Notes: generated by a model not told the origin, from the sequence alone. A stretch of 64,000 bases of DNA from Flammeovirgaceae bacterium UBA5585 (GCA_002425185.1 DILT01000013.1:386865-450864); one strand, 5' to 3'; positions 8,705 through 18,805 are shown, counted from the first letter of the stretch. Numbers and translations: made by a program.

Positions 8705-9181
8705 ATGAAAAAAGTGATTACACCGGAGGAGGCAAAGCAAAAGATTTTACGGTACTGTGCGTATCAGGAACGATCACATCAGGAGGTAAAGAACAAGCTT
8801 TATTCACTCGGACTTTTTTCAAGTGATGTAAATGAAATTATTTCCTTTCTGATTACGGAAGGGTTTTTAAATGAAGAGCGTTTTGCCAGGACGTTTGCCG
8901 GTGGCAAATTCCGGATGAAAAGCTGGGGCCGATTAAAAATTATTAGGGAGTTAGAAGCAAAGGGCCTTACCCGAAACTGTATTAAACTTGGGTTGAAGGA
9001 AATTGATGAAGAGGACTATCGCTTAACGCTTACCAGGCTCCTTCAAAAAAAGAGTGAACAAACCATGCCTGATAGTCTATTTGTTAAACGCGATAAACTA
9101 GCCAGGTACGCCATCCAAAAGGGATATGAACCAGAACTGGTTTGGAGTGAGCTAAAAAGACTCTTCCCGGATAACGCATAA
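8705..9181 (+). CDS. recX: regulatory protein RecX
   Basis: 158 aa. It has a RecX-like N-terminal motif (ILRYCAYQERSHQEVKNKL) and repeated three-helix modules. Confidence 0.7.
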   Translation: MKKVITPEEAKQKILRYCAYQERSHQEVKNKLYSLGLFSSDVNEIISFLITEGFLNEERFARTFAGGKFRMKSWGRLKIIRELEAKGLTRNCIKLGLKEIDEEDYRLTLTRLLQKKSEQTMPDSLFVKRDKLARYAIQKGYEPELVWSELKRLFPDNA

Positions 9182-9209
9182 TTGTCAACATTACGACAAA
9201 CCACCCTCA

Positions 9210-9217
9210 TACGTTTG
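9210..9217 (+). promoter_or_regulatory. Bacteroidota -7 box (TAcgTTTG)
   Basis: tacgtttg lies 32 nt upstream of the ATG at 9250. Confidence 0.4.
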
Positions 9218-9249
9218 GCCATTTTTGAAGCTTAAGCGTTAAGGTGCGT

Positions 9250-9705
9250 ATGAAACATTGTTTAAGCGTTATACTCATTTTTTTGATCCACCAAGGTGTG
9301 GCTCAAACAAATGAAGTTCGAAAAGCCAATTTCAACATTAGCAAGGGTATAGCTATAAACGGTTACGACCCGGTAAGCTATTTTGATGGGAAACCCGTGA
9401 TGGGAAAATCTGAATTTCAATGGGAATTTAACGGGGTAGTTTATCAGTTTGCAAGTGCAGCAAATCTGGCCCGATTTAGATCCAGTCCTGATAAGTTTGA
9501 ACCTGCTTATGGAGGCTGGTGTGCTTTTGCCATGGGCGATTATGGCGAAAAAGTGAAAATTGACCCGCTAACCTATAAAATCACTTCAGGAAAACTCTAT
9601 CTCTTCTACAATTTTTGGGGTAACAATACTCTTCAGGAGTGGAACAAGAATGAAGAGCAGTTGCAGCGTGCCGGGGATAAGAACTGGGCTAAAATACTTC
9701 AGTAA
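9250..9705 (+). CDS. YHS domain-containing protein (Cys form of the YHS (seleno)protein family)
   Basis: The ORF track starts at GTG 9244. I prefer the ATG at 9250, which gives signal peptide MKHCLSVILIFLIHQGVA-Q. Motifs present: NGYDPVSYF and YGGWCAFAMG. Confidence 0.6.
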   Translation: MKHCLSVILIFLIHQGVAQTNEVRKANFNISKGIAINGYDPVSYFDGKPVMGKSEFQWEFNGVVYQFASAANLARFRSSPDKFEPAYGGWCAFAMGDYGEKVKIDPLTYKITSGKLYLFYNFWGNNTLQEWNKNEEQLQRAGDKNWAKILQ

Positions 9706-9768
9706 CCGCCTGTAAACCACCTTTGCCGACTAATTCCTTCCATGCCAAATATCCGGAAATCTTTAGCT

Positions 9769-9776
9769 TATATTTG
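9769..9776 (+). promoter_or_regulatory. Bacteroidota -7 box (TAtaTTTG)
   Basis: tatatttg lies 18 nt upstream of the ATG at 9795. Confidence 0.45.
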
Positions 9777-9794
9777 TAGAATTCGCCAACCTCT

Positions 9795-10319
9795 ATGAGT
9801 ATCAAAAATGCCTGCTGTGACATCTTATCGCAGCTCACCTACCTGGTTAATCAGTTATCCGAATCCGAATACACCAAACCAATTGAAGCCTTAAGTCATT
9901 CATCTATTGGCCAGCATGTTCGGCATACACTTGAATTTTTTATTTGCCTGGAGCAAGGTTTTAAAACAGGTATTTTAAACTATGACAACCGACTGCATGA
10001 TAAGCTAATTGAGACGGATAAATTTCTGGCCCTCTCCACCCTGAATAGAATCAGCGACTTTATAGCAAGCAATGCTCAGGACAAAGTACTGCGCCTTGAG
10101 GTTAGCTATGACCTTGATCAGGAAAGTTATGTTTCGGTTGAAACAAATTACCTCCGTGAATTGATTTATAACATTGAACACGCGGTGCACCATATGGCTA
10201 TCATAAAAATTGGTGTTCGTCAAACGATTCAGCACATCGATCTTCCCGTTACTTTTGGCGTGGCATCATCTACCCTGCGGTACCAGGAAAGAAATCAGAA
10301 AATTTCGCTTCAAGAATAA
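9795..10319 (+). CDS. DinB-like (four-helix bundle, His-triad) protein
   Basis: 174 aa. The His-containing helices HVRHTLEFF and EHAVHHMAIIK are typical of the DinB_2 superfamily. Confidence 0.45.
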   Translation: MSIKNACCDILSQLTYLVNQLSESEYTKPIEALSHSSIGQHVRHTLEFFICLEQGFKTGILNYDNRLHDKLIETDKFLALSTLNRISDFIASNAQDKVLRLEVSYDLDQESYVSVETNYLRELIYNIEHAVHHMAIIKIGVRQTIQHIDLPVTFGVASSTLRYQERNQKISLQE

Positions 10320-10321
10320 TT

Positions 10322-11371
10322 TTGCGTCAGTCTCAGGGAATCTTTAATACCAATTTTTTTATCCGGTTACGGAGTTGGGAATACTGGCCCTTTGCAGTTG
10401 TTCAGTTGCCTCTTTTTATATACTGGCTTTGGCTCTCCTTGCGCGCAAAATCACTTCTGTTTTTCTCGGCATCCAATCCGCGAATCACGTTGGGAGGAAT
10501 GTTCGGTGAATCCAAATACGAAGTGCTGATGCAATTACCAGAATACTTACGACCCAAAACAATTTTGGTACCCTTACCGGTAACCGCTGATGATGTGATG
10601 GAAAAGATCAGACTTGCTGGTTTAGATTTTCCGTTAATTTTTAAACCCGACTATGGCGAACGCGGGTTCATGGTGAAGCGGATACTCTCGAACAATGATG
10701 TTACCCGGTATCTGGCAAAAATCAAAAGCAGTTTCCTTATTCAGGAATTGATTGATCTTCCGGTTGAGTGTGGTGTATTTTTTACCCGCCTTCCAAATGA
10801 GGGTAAGGGTAGAGTAACTTCAGTAGTGCTCAAAGAAATGCTTGCCGTTGTTGGTAATGGAACCGCTACACTACAGGAACTCATTCTGGCCAGGGACCGA
10901 GCCAAATTGCAGTGGGTTCTGTTGAAGGAGGCTCACCAGAATAGACTTGAAGAAATAATAAAAACAGGTGAATCAGTTGAACTGAATTCTATCGGAAACC
11001 ATTGCCTTGGCACTAAATTTTTGAATGGTAACCATCTCATTTCAGCAACGATGTCCGAATCGTTTGACAGGATTAGTAAACAAATGGGAGAGTTTTACTT
11101 TGGCAGGTTTGATTTGCGATGTGCTTCGTTGGAAGATTTATGTAAGGGCAATGTAAAAATATTGGAAGTAAATGGTTGTGGTGCTGAGCCTGCCCACATT
11201 TATCAACCAGGCTTTTCCTTGTGGAAGGCTTACAAGGTTTTGTTTACACACTGGAACAATCTTTATCAGATTAGTCAACAAAACCGAAAGCGAGGTATTC
11301 CGGTAACTTCTTTTCGGGAAGGAAGGCGTATTTATAAGGAGTACAGATTGGCTATGAAAACGAATCGTTAA
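10322..11371 (+). CDS. membrane-anchored ATP-grasp domain protein
   Basis: 349 aa with a TTG start. An N-terminal TM helix (WEYWPFAVVQLPLFIYWLWLSL) is followed by an ATP-grasp-like core (IFKPDYGERGFMV, FLIQELI, ILEVNGCGAEP). Confidence 0.5.
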   Translation: MRQSQGIFNTNFFIRLRSWEYWPFAVVQLPLFIYWLWLSLRAKSLLFFSASNPRITLGGMFGESKYEVLMQLPEYLRPKTILVPLPVTADDVMEKIRLAGLDFPLIFKPDYGERGFMVKRILSNNDVTRYLAKIKSSFLIQELIDLPVECGVFFTRLPNEGKGRVTSVVLKEMLAVVGNGTATLQELILARDRAKLQWVLLKEAHQNRLEEIIKTGESVELNSIGNHCLGTKFLNGNHLISATMSESFDRISKQMGEFYFGRFDLRCASLEDLCKGNVKILEVNGCGAEPAHIYQPGFSLWKAYKVLFTHWNNLYQISQQNRKRGIPVTSFREGRRIYKEYRLAMKTNR

Positions 11372-11395
11372 TGTAAAACGGTTCTTTTTAATCAA

Positions 11396-11424
11396 TAAAA
11401 AACCCCAGCCATTGCCAGGGTTTT
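11396..11424. terminator. weak bidirectional terminator-like hairpin
   Basis: AAAACCC ... GGGTTTT forms a 7-bp stem with a 12-nt loop, flanked by A and T runs. It lies between the convergent ATP-grasp gene and ompH. Confidence 0.35.
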
Positions 11425-11449
11425 CAAAACACGTATGTACTTAATTATT

Positions 11450-12001
11450 TTATTTCTTAGGAGGTGTGGTTGTTGCGGCTTGTGGAGTAATGCCCATCTT
11501 TTTTAACACCAGATCGGAAATATCCGATTGGTCGTCTGCATAAAGCACTACATCTAAACCGCTTATTTGATTGGTGAGTACCATGGTAAAGGCGTTTGCT
11601 TTGGCAACCTCTTCAATGGCCTTGCCTACTTTCGTGTAAACGGGTTCCATTAATTGTACTTGCTTGCGCTGAAGATTTTCCTGTGAGTCTTGCTCCAGCT
11701 TTTGGATATTCTGCTGCAGTTGCTGCAACTCGCGTTCGGTGTTTTGCCGAACGGCATCAGGCACAGTAGTACCAAACTGTTGATACTCCTGCAGTTTCTT
11801 TTGAAACTCGGCAACTTTGCCATCATATTGTTTCTTCAGTTGGGCCTGAAGGGTTTGAAGTTCGGCCTCAATAGTTTTGGCCTCTGGCATTTGGCTGAAA
11901 ATATATTCCACATCAGCAAAGCCGATTTTGGCGGGGTTTTGAGCCTGCGTAAACAGGGTTGCTAATCCAAAGGCTAACAGAAAAACGATTTTTTTCATCA
12001 C
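11450..12001 (-). CDS. OmpH/Skp family periplasmic chaperone
   Basis: 183 aa. The signal peptide ends TQA-Q and the body is a long Q/E/K-rich coiled coil. It sits downstream of bamA. Confidence 0.8.
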   Translation of the reverse strand: MMKKIVFLLAFGLATLFTQAQNPAKIGFADVEYIFSQMPEAKTIEAELQTLQAQLKKQYDGKVAEFQKKLQEYQQFGTTVPDAVRQNTERELQQLQQNIQKLEQDSQENLQRKQVQLMEPVYTKVGKAIEEVAKANAFTMVLTNQISGLDVVLYADDQSDISDLVLKKMGITPQAATTTPPKK

Positions 12002-12021
12002 AGTTAATTTATTCAGTTTAA

Positions 12022-12558
12022 TTAATTTTTAATCTTATCGTTAGGATCTCCCAACCCCAACTCATCCAAAACAAAGTCGGTATAATCAAACCGTGGATCG
12101 GTATAAATCATCACCAACTCCCCCGACTTATCAAACACAATGGCAAGGTTGTTTTGCTTAGCAACTTTATCCACGGCATCCCAAACTTTATCCTGCACCG
12201 GTTTAACTAATTCCTGCTTTTTAAGGAAGAACAACCCGCCAAATCCAAAAACTTTATTTTGATATTCCTTAAGTTCAATTTCCTTTTTCTTTATCAATTC
12301 CGTCCGTTCCTTTCGCATCTCTTCCGTCAGCAATACTTGTTCTGCCTGAAGGGTGCTGTACATAGCCTCAACGTTTTTGGCCATGCCTTGAATTTCCTTG
12401 GTCCACAATTCAGATAACTGGTTTATCTCGTCCTGTGCCTTTTTATACTCGGGCATTTTGTTCAGGATAAAATCGGTATCAATGTATCCGAACCTCTGAG
12501 CGTTGACAAAATTCAGGCCGAAAATGAGAAAAAATATTGTAATTAGATAAAACCGCAT
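12022..12558 (-). CDS. OmpH/Skp family periplasmic chaperone
   Basis: 178 aa. The signal peptide ends VNA-Q and the body is a coiled coil. It sits immediately downstream of bamA. Confidence 0.8.
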   Translation of the reverse strand: MRFYLITIFFLIFGLNFVNAQRFGYIDTDFILNKMPEYKKAQDEINQLSELWTKEIQGMAKNVEAMYSTLQAEQVLLTEEMRKERTELIKKKEIELKEYQNKVFGFGGLFFLKKQELVKPVQDKVWDAVDKVAKQNNLAIVFDKSGELVMIYTDPRFDYTDFVLDELGLGDPNDKIKN

Positions 12559-12561
12559 TTT

Positions 12562-15246
12562 TTAACGGATTTGTTGACCTATGGTGAACTGGAACTTCGC
12601 TCCGCTTCGTTGATTTGCGCTTCCTATCGGGAATGGATCAAATCCATACCCCCAGTTCAACCCAATCAATCCAAAAGCAGGCATAAATATGCGGGCGCCA
12701 AAACCCGCTGTTTTATACATGATAAACGGATTAAAGTCCTCATAATTATTCCAGTTATTACCGGCTTCTACAAAAGTAAAGCCATAAATAGTGGCAGCAT
12801 TGCCCGTGGTAATAGGGTAGCGAAGCTCAAGCCCAAACTTATCGTATACAATTCCACCACGGACAGCTGTTGTACCGGCCTGGTTCGGGTATGGTGGCGT
12901 AATTTGATTGTCTTCATAACCACGTAAGGCTATGATATCCTGTCCAAGCACAAAGGCGCCAAAACCTCCGGCAAGTCCTGCGCCTCCCAGGTAGAATCGC
13001 TCAAAGGGTGTATAGTTTACTTTGGAGCTGTAACGGCCAATGAACCCAAAATGTGCTTTGGCTTCCAGTACCAGTTTATTTTTACGATCTAATGCTATAT
13101 AATATTTGGCATCAAACATCCATTTGTGGTATTCAACCCATTTGTTTATTTCCTGTGGCGTTGCCGTTTCGTAATTGATGTTACTCCATTGCGAATAGGG
13201 TGGTGTAAACGTTGCACTTAGAGAAATTTCTGAACCCTGAGAAGGATACATGGGGTTATCTACACTTCTTCTGGCCATCGTTGTGTTAAAGGTTATGCTA
13301 TTGGCAACACAATCAGGGCAACCGGGTATGTAGCTTGGCGCGTTTTTTAATGTATATACTGAATAGGAAACAGAGTTCGTTAAGGTAAAGTAGTTGTCAG
13401 GCCATTCCAGCACTTTACCGATACCTACGGTTATGTTATCAACTTTAAGGGTAGAGTTCAGATCAAAGAAATTGGCCGCACCCTGCCCGGCAAACCGTGA
13501 AATGGATTTGTTGGCACTTACCGAAAGTGACTGTGGCTTGCGCCCGCCTAACCAAGGCTCTGAAAAAGAAATACTGTAGTTCTGAAAATTTCTACCATTG
13601 GCCTGAACACGAAGGGACAGCCGTTGTCCATCACCAACCGGAAGTGGTCTCCATTTTTTAGGATGAGGTATATTTCTTAATGAAAAGTTATTGAACGTTA
13701 ATCCTAAGGTGCCCACAAACCCAAAGGCACCACCCCATCCACCGGAGAGTTCAATCTGATCGTTTGATTGCTCTTCAACCTTCCACTCAATGTCTACTGT
13801 GGCATTGGCTGGATTGGGTTGCAAATTCTGCCCGATGGTTTGTGGATTGAAATAACCCAATTGACCAAGCTTCTGTTGTGTACGGATAATATCCGAGCGC
13901 CTGAATTTTTGCCCGGGCACCGTTGAAAGTTCTCTTCGGATAACGTGGTCGCTGGTACGATCATTACCCGAAATTGTAACCTCACTAATCGTAGCCTGCT
14001 CCCCTTCAGTAATGCGCATCTCAACATCAATGGAGTCACCTACAACAGCAACCTCTACCGGGTTTATTCTAAAGAACAGATACCCATCATCCATATACAG
14101 GCCGCTGATGTCCGGCCCTTTCGGATTAAAGGTTAGCTTTTTCTCAATCAATTCACGGTTATAGACATCACCCTTTTTGATACCCAAAATTGCATTAAGC
14201 GTTTTTTCTGTATGAATATAATTGCCTGTCCAGATAATGTTTCTGAAGTAATACTTAGGGCCTTCGTCAATCACCAGATCGAGGTTGATGGTTTTTTTAT
14301 TGAATTTGTAAAGTGTATCGAATGTTATTTCGGCATCGCGGTATCCTTTTGAATTATAAAATTCAATGAGCTTCTTTTTGTCTTCATCATATTCGGCCTG
14401 AATAAACTTTGATCCTTTAAAAACATTAAGGCGCACGTTATCACTCATGAACTCTTTAACTTCCTGCCAGCTTACATCATACGAGGAGGTGAAGTATGTT
14501 TTTACATCGCGGGGTTTAAAAGCAAGCACCTTGCTGATAAGGGTGCGGTGAAGCGAGAAGCGCGGATGTTCTGCGGTTTTCTTCATCTTTGCTTTTAGTT
14601 TTCCATCCGATATGTTTTCGTTACCCTGAATGGAAATTTTGTTAATCTTTACTTTTGAATTTGTGTTAACAGCAATTTTCAGGCGGATACCATCTGTAGC
14701 AATGGTGTCACGCTCCTGCAGGATTTTAACTTCGGTATTCAAAAATCCCTTTTTCACAAAAAATTTCTTCACAGCCAATTCGGTATTCCGCAGCATGGCA
14801 TCGTTTACAATTTTACCCCGGATGAGTGTAAGTTCTTCTTTCAGTGATGATTCCTGCGATTTGTTAATGCCGCTGAAATAGAAATTGGTTAACCGGGGAC
14901 GCTCCGCCATTTTAATTTCCAGCCAAACATTTTCGCCTTCTATTTTCTGAACTCCTATGGTGACGTCACCGATCAATCCGTGCTTCCAAAGTTTGCGTAT
15001 GGCCCCTGAAATTGCATCACCAGGAATTTTAATTTTATCACCCACCCGTAACCCGGTAAGCGATACCATGGCATTTTTATCCAGAATATTTAATCCGGTT
15101 ACTTCGATGCCCGCAATAAAATACTCAGCCGGATTAGCATAATTCAAATTATCGGTTGCGGTCCGTTCAGTGCGCCCTCTGCGAAACTGCGCTACGCTTT
15201 CAAAACCCACAATAAGTAAGAAGATAATCAGTACACTCGTTCTCAT
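12562..15246 (-). CDS. bamA: outer membrane protein assembly factor BamA
   Basis: 894 aa. A signal peptide and repeated POTRA-like modules are followed by a C-terminal Omp85 beta-barrel rich in G/Y/F. Conserved uppS-bamA-ompH synteny. Confidence 0.93.
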   Translation of the reverse strand: MRTSVLIIFLLIVGFESVAQFRRGRTERTATDNLNYANPAEYFIAGIEVTGLNILDKNAMVSLTGLRVGDKIKIPGDAISGAIRKLWKHGLIGDVTIGVQKIEGENVWLEIKMAERPRLTNFYFSGINKSQESSLKEELTLIRGKIVNDAMLRNTELAVKKFFVKKGFLNTEVKILQERDTIATDGIRLKIAVNTNSKVKINKISIQGNENISDGKLKAKMKKTAEHPRFSLHRTLISKVLAFKPRDVKTYFTSSYDVSWQEVKEFMSDNVRLNVFKGSKFIQAEYDEDKKKLIEFYNSKGYRDAEITFDTLYKFNKKTINLDLVIDEGPKYYFRNIIWTGNYIHTEKTLNAILGIKKGDVYNRELIEKKLTFNPKGPDISGLYMDDGYLFFRINPVEVAVVGDSIDVEMRITEGEQATISEVTISGNDRTSDHVIRRELSTVPGQKFRRSDIIRTQQKLGQLGYFNPQTIGQNLQPNPANATVDIEWKVEEQSNDQIELSGGWGGAFGFVGTLGLTFNNFSLRNIPHPKKWRPLPVGDGQRLSLRVQANGRNFQNYSISFSEPWLGGRKPQSLSVSANKSISRFAGQGAANFFDLNSTLKVDNITVGIGKVLEWPDNYFTLTNSVSYSVYTLKNAPSYIPGCPDCVANSITFNTTMARRSVDNPMYPSQGSEISLSATFTPPYSQWSNINYETATPQEINKWVEYHKWMFDAKYYIALDRKNKLVLEAKAHFGFIGRYSSKVNYTPFERFYLGGAGLAGGFGAFVLGQDIIALRGYEDNQITPPYPNQAGTTAVRGGIVYDKFGLELRYPITTGNAATIYGFTFVEAGNNWNNYEDFNPFIMYKTAGFGARIFMPAFGLIGLNWGYGFDPFPIGSANQRSGAKFQFTIGQQIR

Positions 15247-15999
15247 TCAGCTAACCGGATTCAATTGTTCACTTGTTTTACCAAACCTGCGTTCGCGTTG
15301 TTGGTACGACCAGATGGCTTCATATAAATTTTCCTTGCGGAAATCTGGCCAAAGGGTTGGGGTAATATACAACTCCGTATAAGCAATTTGCCACAGCAAA
15401 AAGTTGCTCACGCGCATTTCACCGCTGGTGCGGATTAATAATTCCGGATCGGGTATGCCCGAGGTTTGAAGATATTTTTCAATATGATTCTCTGTAATAG
15501 AGGCGGCAGGTAGTATTCCGTTTTGTACATCTTCCGCCAGCGCTTTCACAGCCTGAGTTATTTCCCATCGGCCACTATAGCTCAGCGCAAGCACCACGGT
15601 AAGTCCGGTGTTGTTTTTGGTCATATCTACGGCCCAGGCTAGGTTTTTCTGGCATGCCTCCGGAAGGTGGGATGTTTGACCAATGGTAATTAGTTTTACC
15701 CGGTTCTCCATCAAAGTGTTTATTTCTTCTTTAAGTGTATTTACCAGCAGTTCCATTAACCCATCCACCTCTTCTTTTGGCCTTGCCCAATTTTCGGTTG
15801 AAAATGCATAAAGGGTAAGATACGCTACTCCCAATTCTCCACATCCCTCGGTTACATCACGAACCGCCTTGACTGCATTGCGATGTCCGAAAATACGCAG
15901 GGCGCCCTTTTTCTTAGCCCAACGGCCATTTCCGTCCATTATTACGGCTATATGTCGAGGAAGCTTAGTAGGGTCAATATGTTCTTTAAAAGAAGCCAC
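15247..15999 (-). CDS. uppS: isoprenyl transferase (undecaprenyl diphosphate synthase)
   Basis: 250 aa with motifs HIAVIMDGNGRWA and RTSGEMRVSNFLLWQ. GTG start. The stop abuts the bamA start. Confidence 0.93.
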   Translation of the reverse strand: MASFKEHIDPTKLPRHIAVIMDGNGRWAKKKGALRIFGHRNAVKAVRDVTEGCGELGVAYLTLYAFSTENWARPKEEVDGLMELLVNTLKEEINTLMENRVKLITIGQTSHLPEACQKNLAWAVDMTKNNTGLTVVLALSYSGRWEITQAVKALAEDVQNGILPAASITENHIEKYLQTSGIPDPELLIRTSGEMRVSNFLLWQIAYTELYITPTLWPDFRKENLYEAIWSYQQRERRFGKTSEQLNPVS

Positions 16000-16006
16000 A
16001 GGGGGC

Positions 16007-16014
16007 CAAAATTA
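16007..16014 (-). promoter_or_regulatory. Bacteroidota -7 box (TAatTTTG) for uppS-bamA-ompH operon
   Basis: The minus strand reads taattttg, 7 nt upstream of the uppS GTG at 15999. Confidence 0.4.
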
Positions 16015-16064
16015 GAGTATTTTAAACAACTTTTATCAAAATATACCAGGCGGTTTTAACAGGC

Positions 16065-16745
16065 CTACTTGTAGGGATTTTTAGGGCAGGGGATATCGTA
16101 AAAAGTTCGGGTTAGCGTTATGCCCACAAAAAAGTAATTATCAAAATCGTTAGGATTGCCGTACTGGTAATTTTTCTGCACGGGATCACCATCCGAGAGG
16201 TTATCCAGGTAATCGAAAAAGGTTTTACGGATACCCACCTCTAAGGCCACATAAAACTTTGGATTAACAATGTATTTAAAACCACCTCCAAAAGGTAAGG
16301 TGCCTTGCACATTACTATACTCTTCGGGTTTAACATCATAACCGGAAATACCAAACAACCCGAAGCCAGCAAAAAGGTAAGGCGTGTAACGCATGGGTGT
16401 TTTTATATCACGCCAGTTCAGAAAGTGATATTCAAAACCAATGCTTGTTTCAAACAAAAATGTATTGAACGATGCATTGCGCGCAGAAGCAAAGGCATCA
16501 ACAGGAACCTCTTTTGCACCAACTTGTCCGGCTGTAATGGTAGCTCTGAAACTTACAACCTTGCTGATGTTGGATCGGTAGTAAACCGTTCCGGCCAATT
16601 TGGAGTTGCGGATGTTGTAGGTTCGCACCAAATCGCCAGTGTAATTAAACGTACCAAGCCCAAACCCAATTTCAGACCGTTGTGAAAAAGCAGAAAGACT
16701 GCCTAACAGAAAAGTGATAAAAAATAATGACCGGTTAACCGTCAT
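16065..16745 (-). CDS. outer-membrane beta-barrel protein (DUF6089-like)
   Basis: 226 aa. It has a signal peptide and alternating aromatic/Gly beta-strand patterns. It is a paralogue of the upstream gene (shared FNYxGDL and FxDYLDxxS motifs). Confidence 0.5.
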   Translation of the reverse strand: MTVNRSLFFITFLLGSLSAFSQRSEIGFGLGTFNYTGDLVRTYNIRNSKLAGTVYYRSNISKVVSFRATITAGQVGAKEVPVDAFASARNASFNTFLFETSIGFEYHFLNWRDIKTPMRYTPYLFAGFGLFGISGYDVKPEEYSNVQGTLPFGGGFKYIVNPKFYVALEVGIRKTFFDYLDNLSDGDPVQKNYQYGNPNDFDNYFFVGITLTRTFYDIPCPKNPYK

Positions 16746-17782
16746 CTGAACTTAGCCCGGTGAAAGGTTTTTCCAAGAATGTAAGTAAGTCTTACCGTGG
16801 TTACCATGTAAATATCCCTATCGCCCGCCCGGCCACGCATGTTCATGGTGCCGTCCGAATTAATATGTCCATAACCTGAAACGGTTTCAAAACTGCCATA
16901 ACCAGTGTAACGATTAGCAAGGATTTCTTGAACGCGTGCATTTACAGGTTGAACCTCATTAGAGCGATAGGCCATTGCCCTGGCTTTTTCACTTGATAAT
17001 GTAGTCAAATCAACGTAGTTACCGCTTACATCATCCAGGTAGTCGGTGAAGGTGTAGCGAAATCCAAATTCTCCCGATATATCCATAACCTCGTTTATTC
17101 TAAAACGAGCGCCAATACCAAATGGTATAGCAAACTGAACTAAACTGTATGATTTTCCTTCGGTAGTCAAGGGCTTCAAGTCAACCCATTGCCCCGCATC
17201 GCTAAACGCGTTACCTAACAAATCAGTTTGTGGCACTTGTGCCTGTGGATTATGATGGAATACGGCAACCCCGGCAAATAGATAAGGAGTCCACGGAACA
17301 CGACTAATATAGGTTGCCTGATTTTCAAAAAGATCAACTTGCGCAATAGCCGATAATTCCTTGATACGATTTCTGAACGATAAATTTCGTACATAACGGA
17401 AGACACCGTTATCGACATCGTTAGGGTCTGCCGAGTCGCTATCCGATCCGCGTATACCCCCGTACATAAAGCTTCCGGTTAATTGATAGCGTGGTCCAAA
17501 ACGGTGTGTGAACGAAATCCCAACGGCCGGGCGTGTAAAGCCAATGTCCGTACTGATTCGTTTTGGCGAAGGGGACAAATCTCCGAAGTAGTTGAATGCA
17601 TTCAGAGAAACACCCAGGGAATTATAAATCTTATCCTTACCAAATCCGGATTTTTTCCCTCGATAACTGGCAATACGCTTATTGTTCTTCTTGATGTTTC
17701 GCCTGTTCATCTGGCTGTAGGCCTCTTCAGCGGAAAAGGTCAATAATAAGCACGCCAAAATCAGGTAAGCCAACTTTCTCAT
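16742..17782 (-). CDS. outer-membrane beta-barrel protein (DUF6089-like)
   Basis: 346 aa with a signal peptide and motifs FNYFGDL and FTDYLDDVS. It overlaps the downstream paralogue by 4 nt. Confidence 0.5.
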   Translation of the reverse strand: MRKLAYLILACLLLTFSAEEAYSQMNRRNIKKNNKRIASYRGKKSGFGKDKIYNSLGVSLNAFNYFGDLSPSPKRISTDIGFTRPAVGISFTHRFGPRYQLTGSFMYGGIRGSDSDSADPNDVDNGVFRYVRNLSFRNRIKELSAIAQVDLFENQATYISRVPWTPYLFAGVAVFHHNPQAQVPQTDLLGNAFSDAGQWVDLKPLTTEGKSYSLVQFAIPFGIGARFRINEVMDISGEFGFRYTFTDYLDDVSGNYVDLTTLSSEKARAMAYRSNEVQPVNARVQEILANRYTGYGSFETVSGYGHINSDGTMNMRGRAGDRDIYMVTTVRLTYILGKTFHRAKFR

Positions 17783-17833
17783 TATTACGGATAAGTGTTT
17801 AAAAATCAGTAAGCTACAAAGGTAAATAAAAAT

Positions 17834-18709
17834 TCAATTTCTAATATCTAATCCCCAATTAAGCTTCTGCCTCAGGGTTTTAAAATAAGTCTGATCCTCA
17901 AGTTGAATAAGATTGGCTTTAAAGGCTTCTTTTTTCACCTTTAATTTAACGGTATTGTCAACAATGGCCGTTCTGGAGTCGAGTGAGATAAGGAATTTTT
18001 TACTCCTTCCCTCCACTTCAAAGGTAATTTCGGATTGATCGGGAACCACAATAGGACGCACCGTTAAATTGTGTGGACTCACCGGAGTAATAATGAAGTT
18101 TCCGGAACGCGGAAACACCAAGGGGCCTCCGCAACTTAATGAGTAGCCCGTTGAGCCAGTTGGTGTGGCCACAATAATTCCATCAGCCCAGTACGAATTA
18201 AGAAACTCACCGTTGATATACGTATGCACGGTAATCATGGATGAAGAATCTTTTTTTACAACGGTAAAATCATTCAACGCGAAGTTGAGTTTGCCAAACA
18301 GTTTTTTGTTTGACTCCAACCTGAGCATGGCACGCTTGTCTATCGAATACATTCCAGTAAAGAGCTTTTGCAATGCTCGTTCTGTTTCAAGACCACTGAT
18401 GGTGGCTAAAAATCCTAGTCGCCCTGTATTAATACCCAGAATAGGTGTTTCGGCAGGCCCGATGTGGGTAATTGATTCTAGTAATGTACCATCTCCGCCA
18501 ATGCTGAGAAATGCATTTAGTTTTTTTAATGAATCGCCAGGCTCATAGATTTTCCAGCTGAAGTTTTTGAACGCTGAACCTTTGAGCAGCTTCTCATATT
18601 TTGTGGATACAAATAACTCTGCTTTATGCTGAGTAAGGATTTGAAAAATAAGCTTAATGAAGTCTGCCGACTGCCGGTTAAACTCCTTTCCATGAATGCC
18701 TATCTTCAT
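17834..18709 (-). CDS. nadK: NAD kinase
   Basis: 291 aa with motifs GGDGTLL and ATPTGSTGYSLSCGGP. Confidence 0.9.
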   Translation of the reverse strand: MKIGIHGKEFNRQSADFIKLIFQILTQHKAELFVSTKYEKLLKGSAFKNFSWKIYEPGDSLKKLNAFLSIGGDGTLLESITHIGPAETPILGINTGRLGFLATISGLETERALQKLFTGMYSIDKRAMLRLESNKKLFGKLNFALNDFTVVKKDSSSMITVHTYINGEFLNSYWADGIIVATPTGSTGYSLSCGGPLVFPRSGNFIITPVSPHNLTVRPIVVPDQSEITFEVEGRSKKFLISLDSRTAIVDNTVKLKVKKEAFKANLIQLEDQTYFKTLRQKLNWGLDIRN

Positions 18710-18805
18710 ATCAAAACAAAATTTATCCGGCAGTGCCGGTTCCGGAATGCCGCGAACCTTAAAGGTACAACCGAATTACGGAAGGGAAAAGCTGCAGGGA
18801 AAGAG

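Noticed and set aside
9250-9705. Selenocysteine recoding in the YHS-family gene
   Set aside because: The position that is Sec in some family members is encoded by TGT (Cys) in GGWCAF. The ORF has no in-frame TGA, and I saw no SECIS-like hairpin.
18710-18805. Hairpin CCGGCA-n-TGCCGG between the CBS gene and nadK as a terminator
   Set aside because: The loop is only 1-3 nt and the stem 5-6 bp, so the structure is marginal. It is not convincing without 3'-end data.
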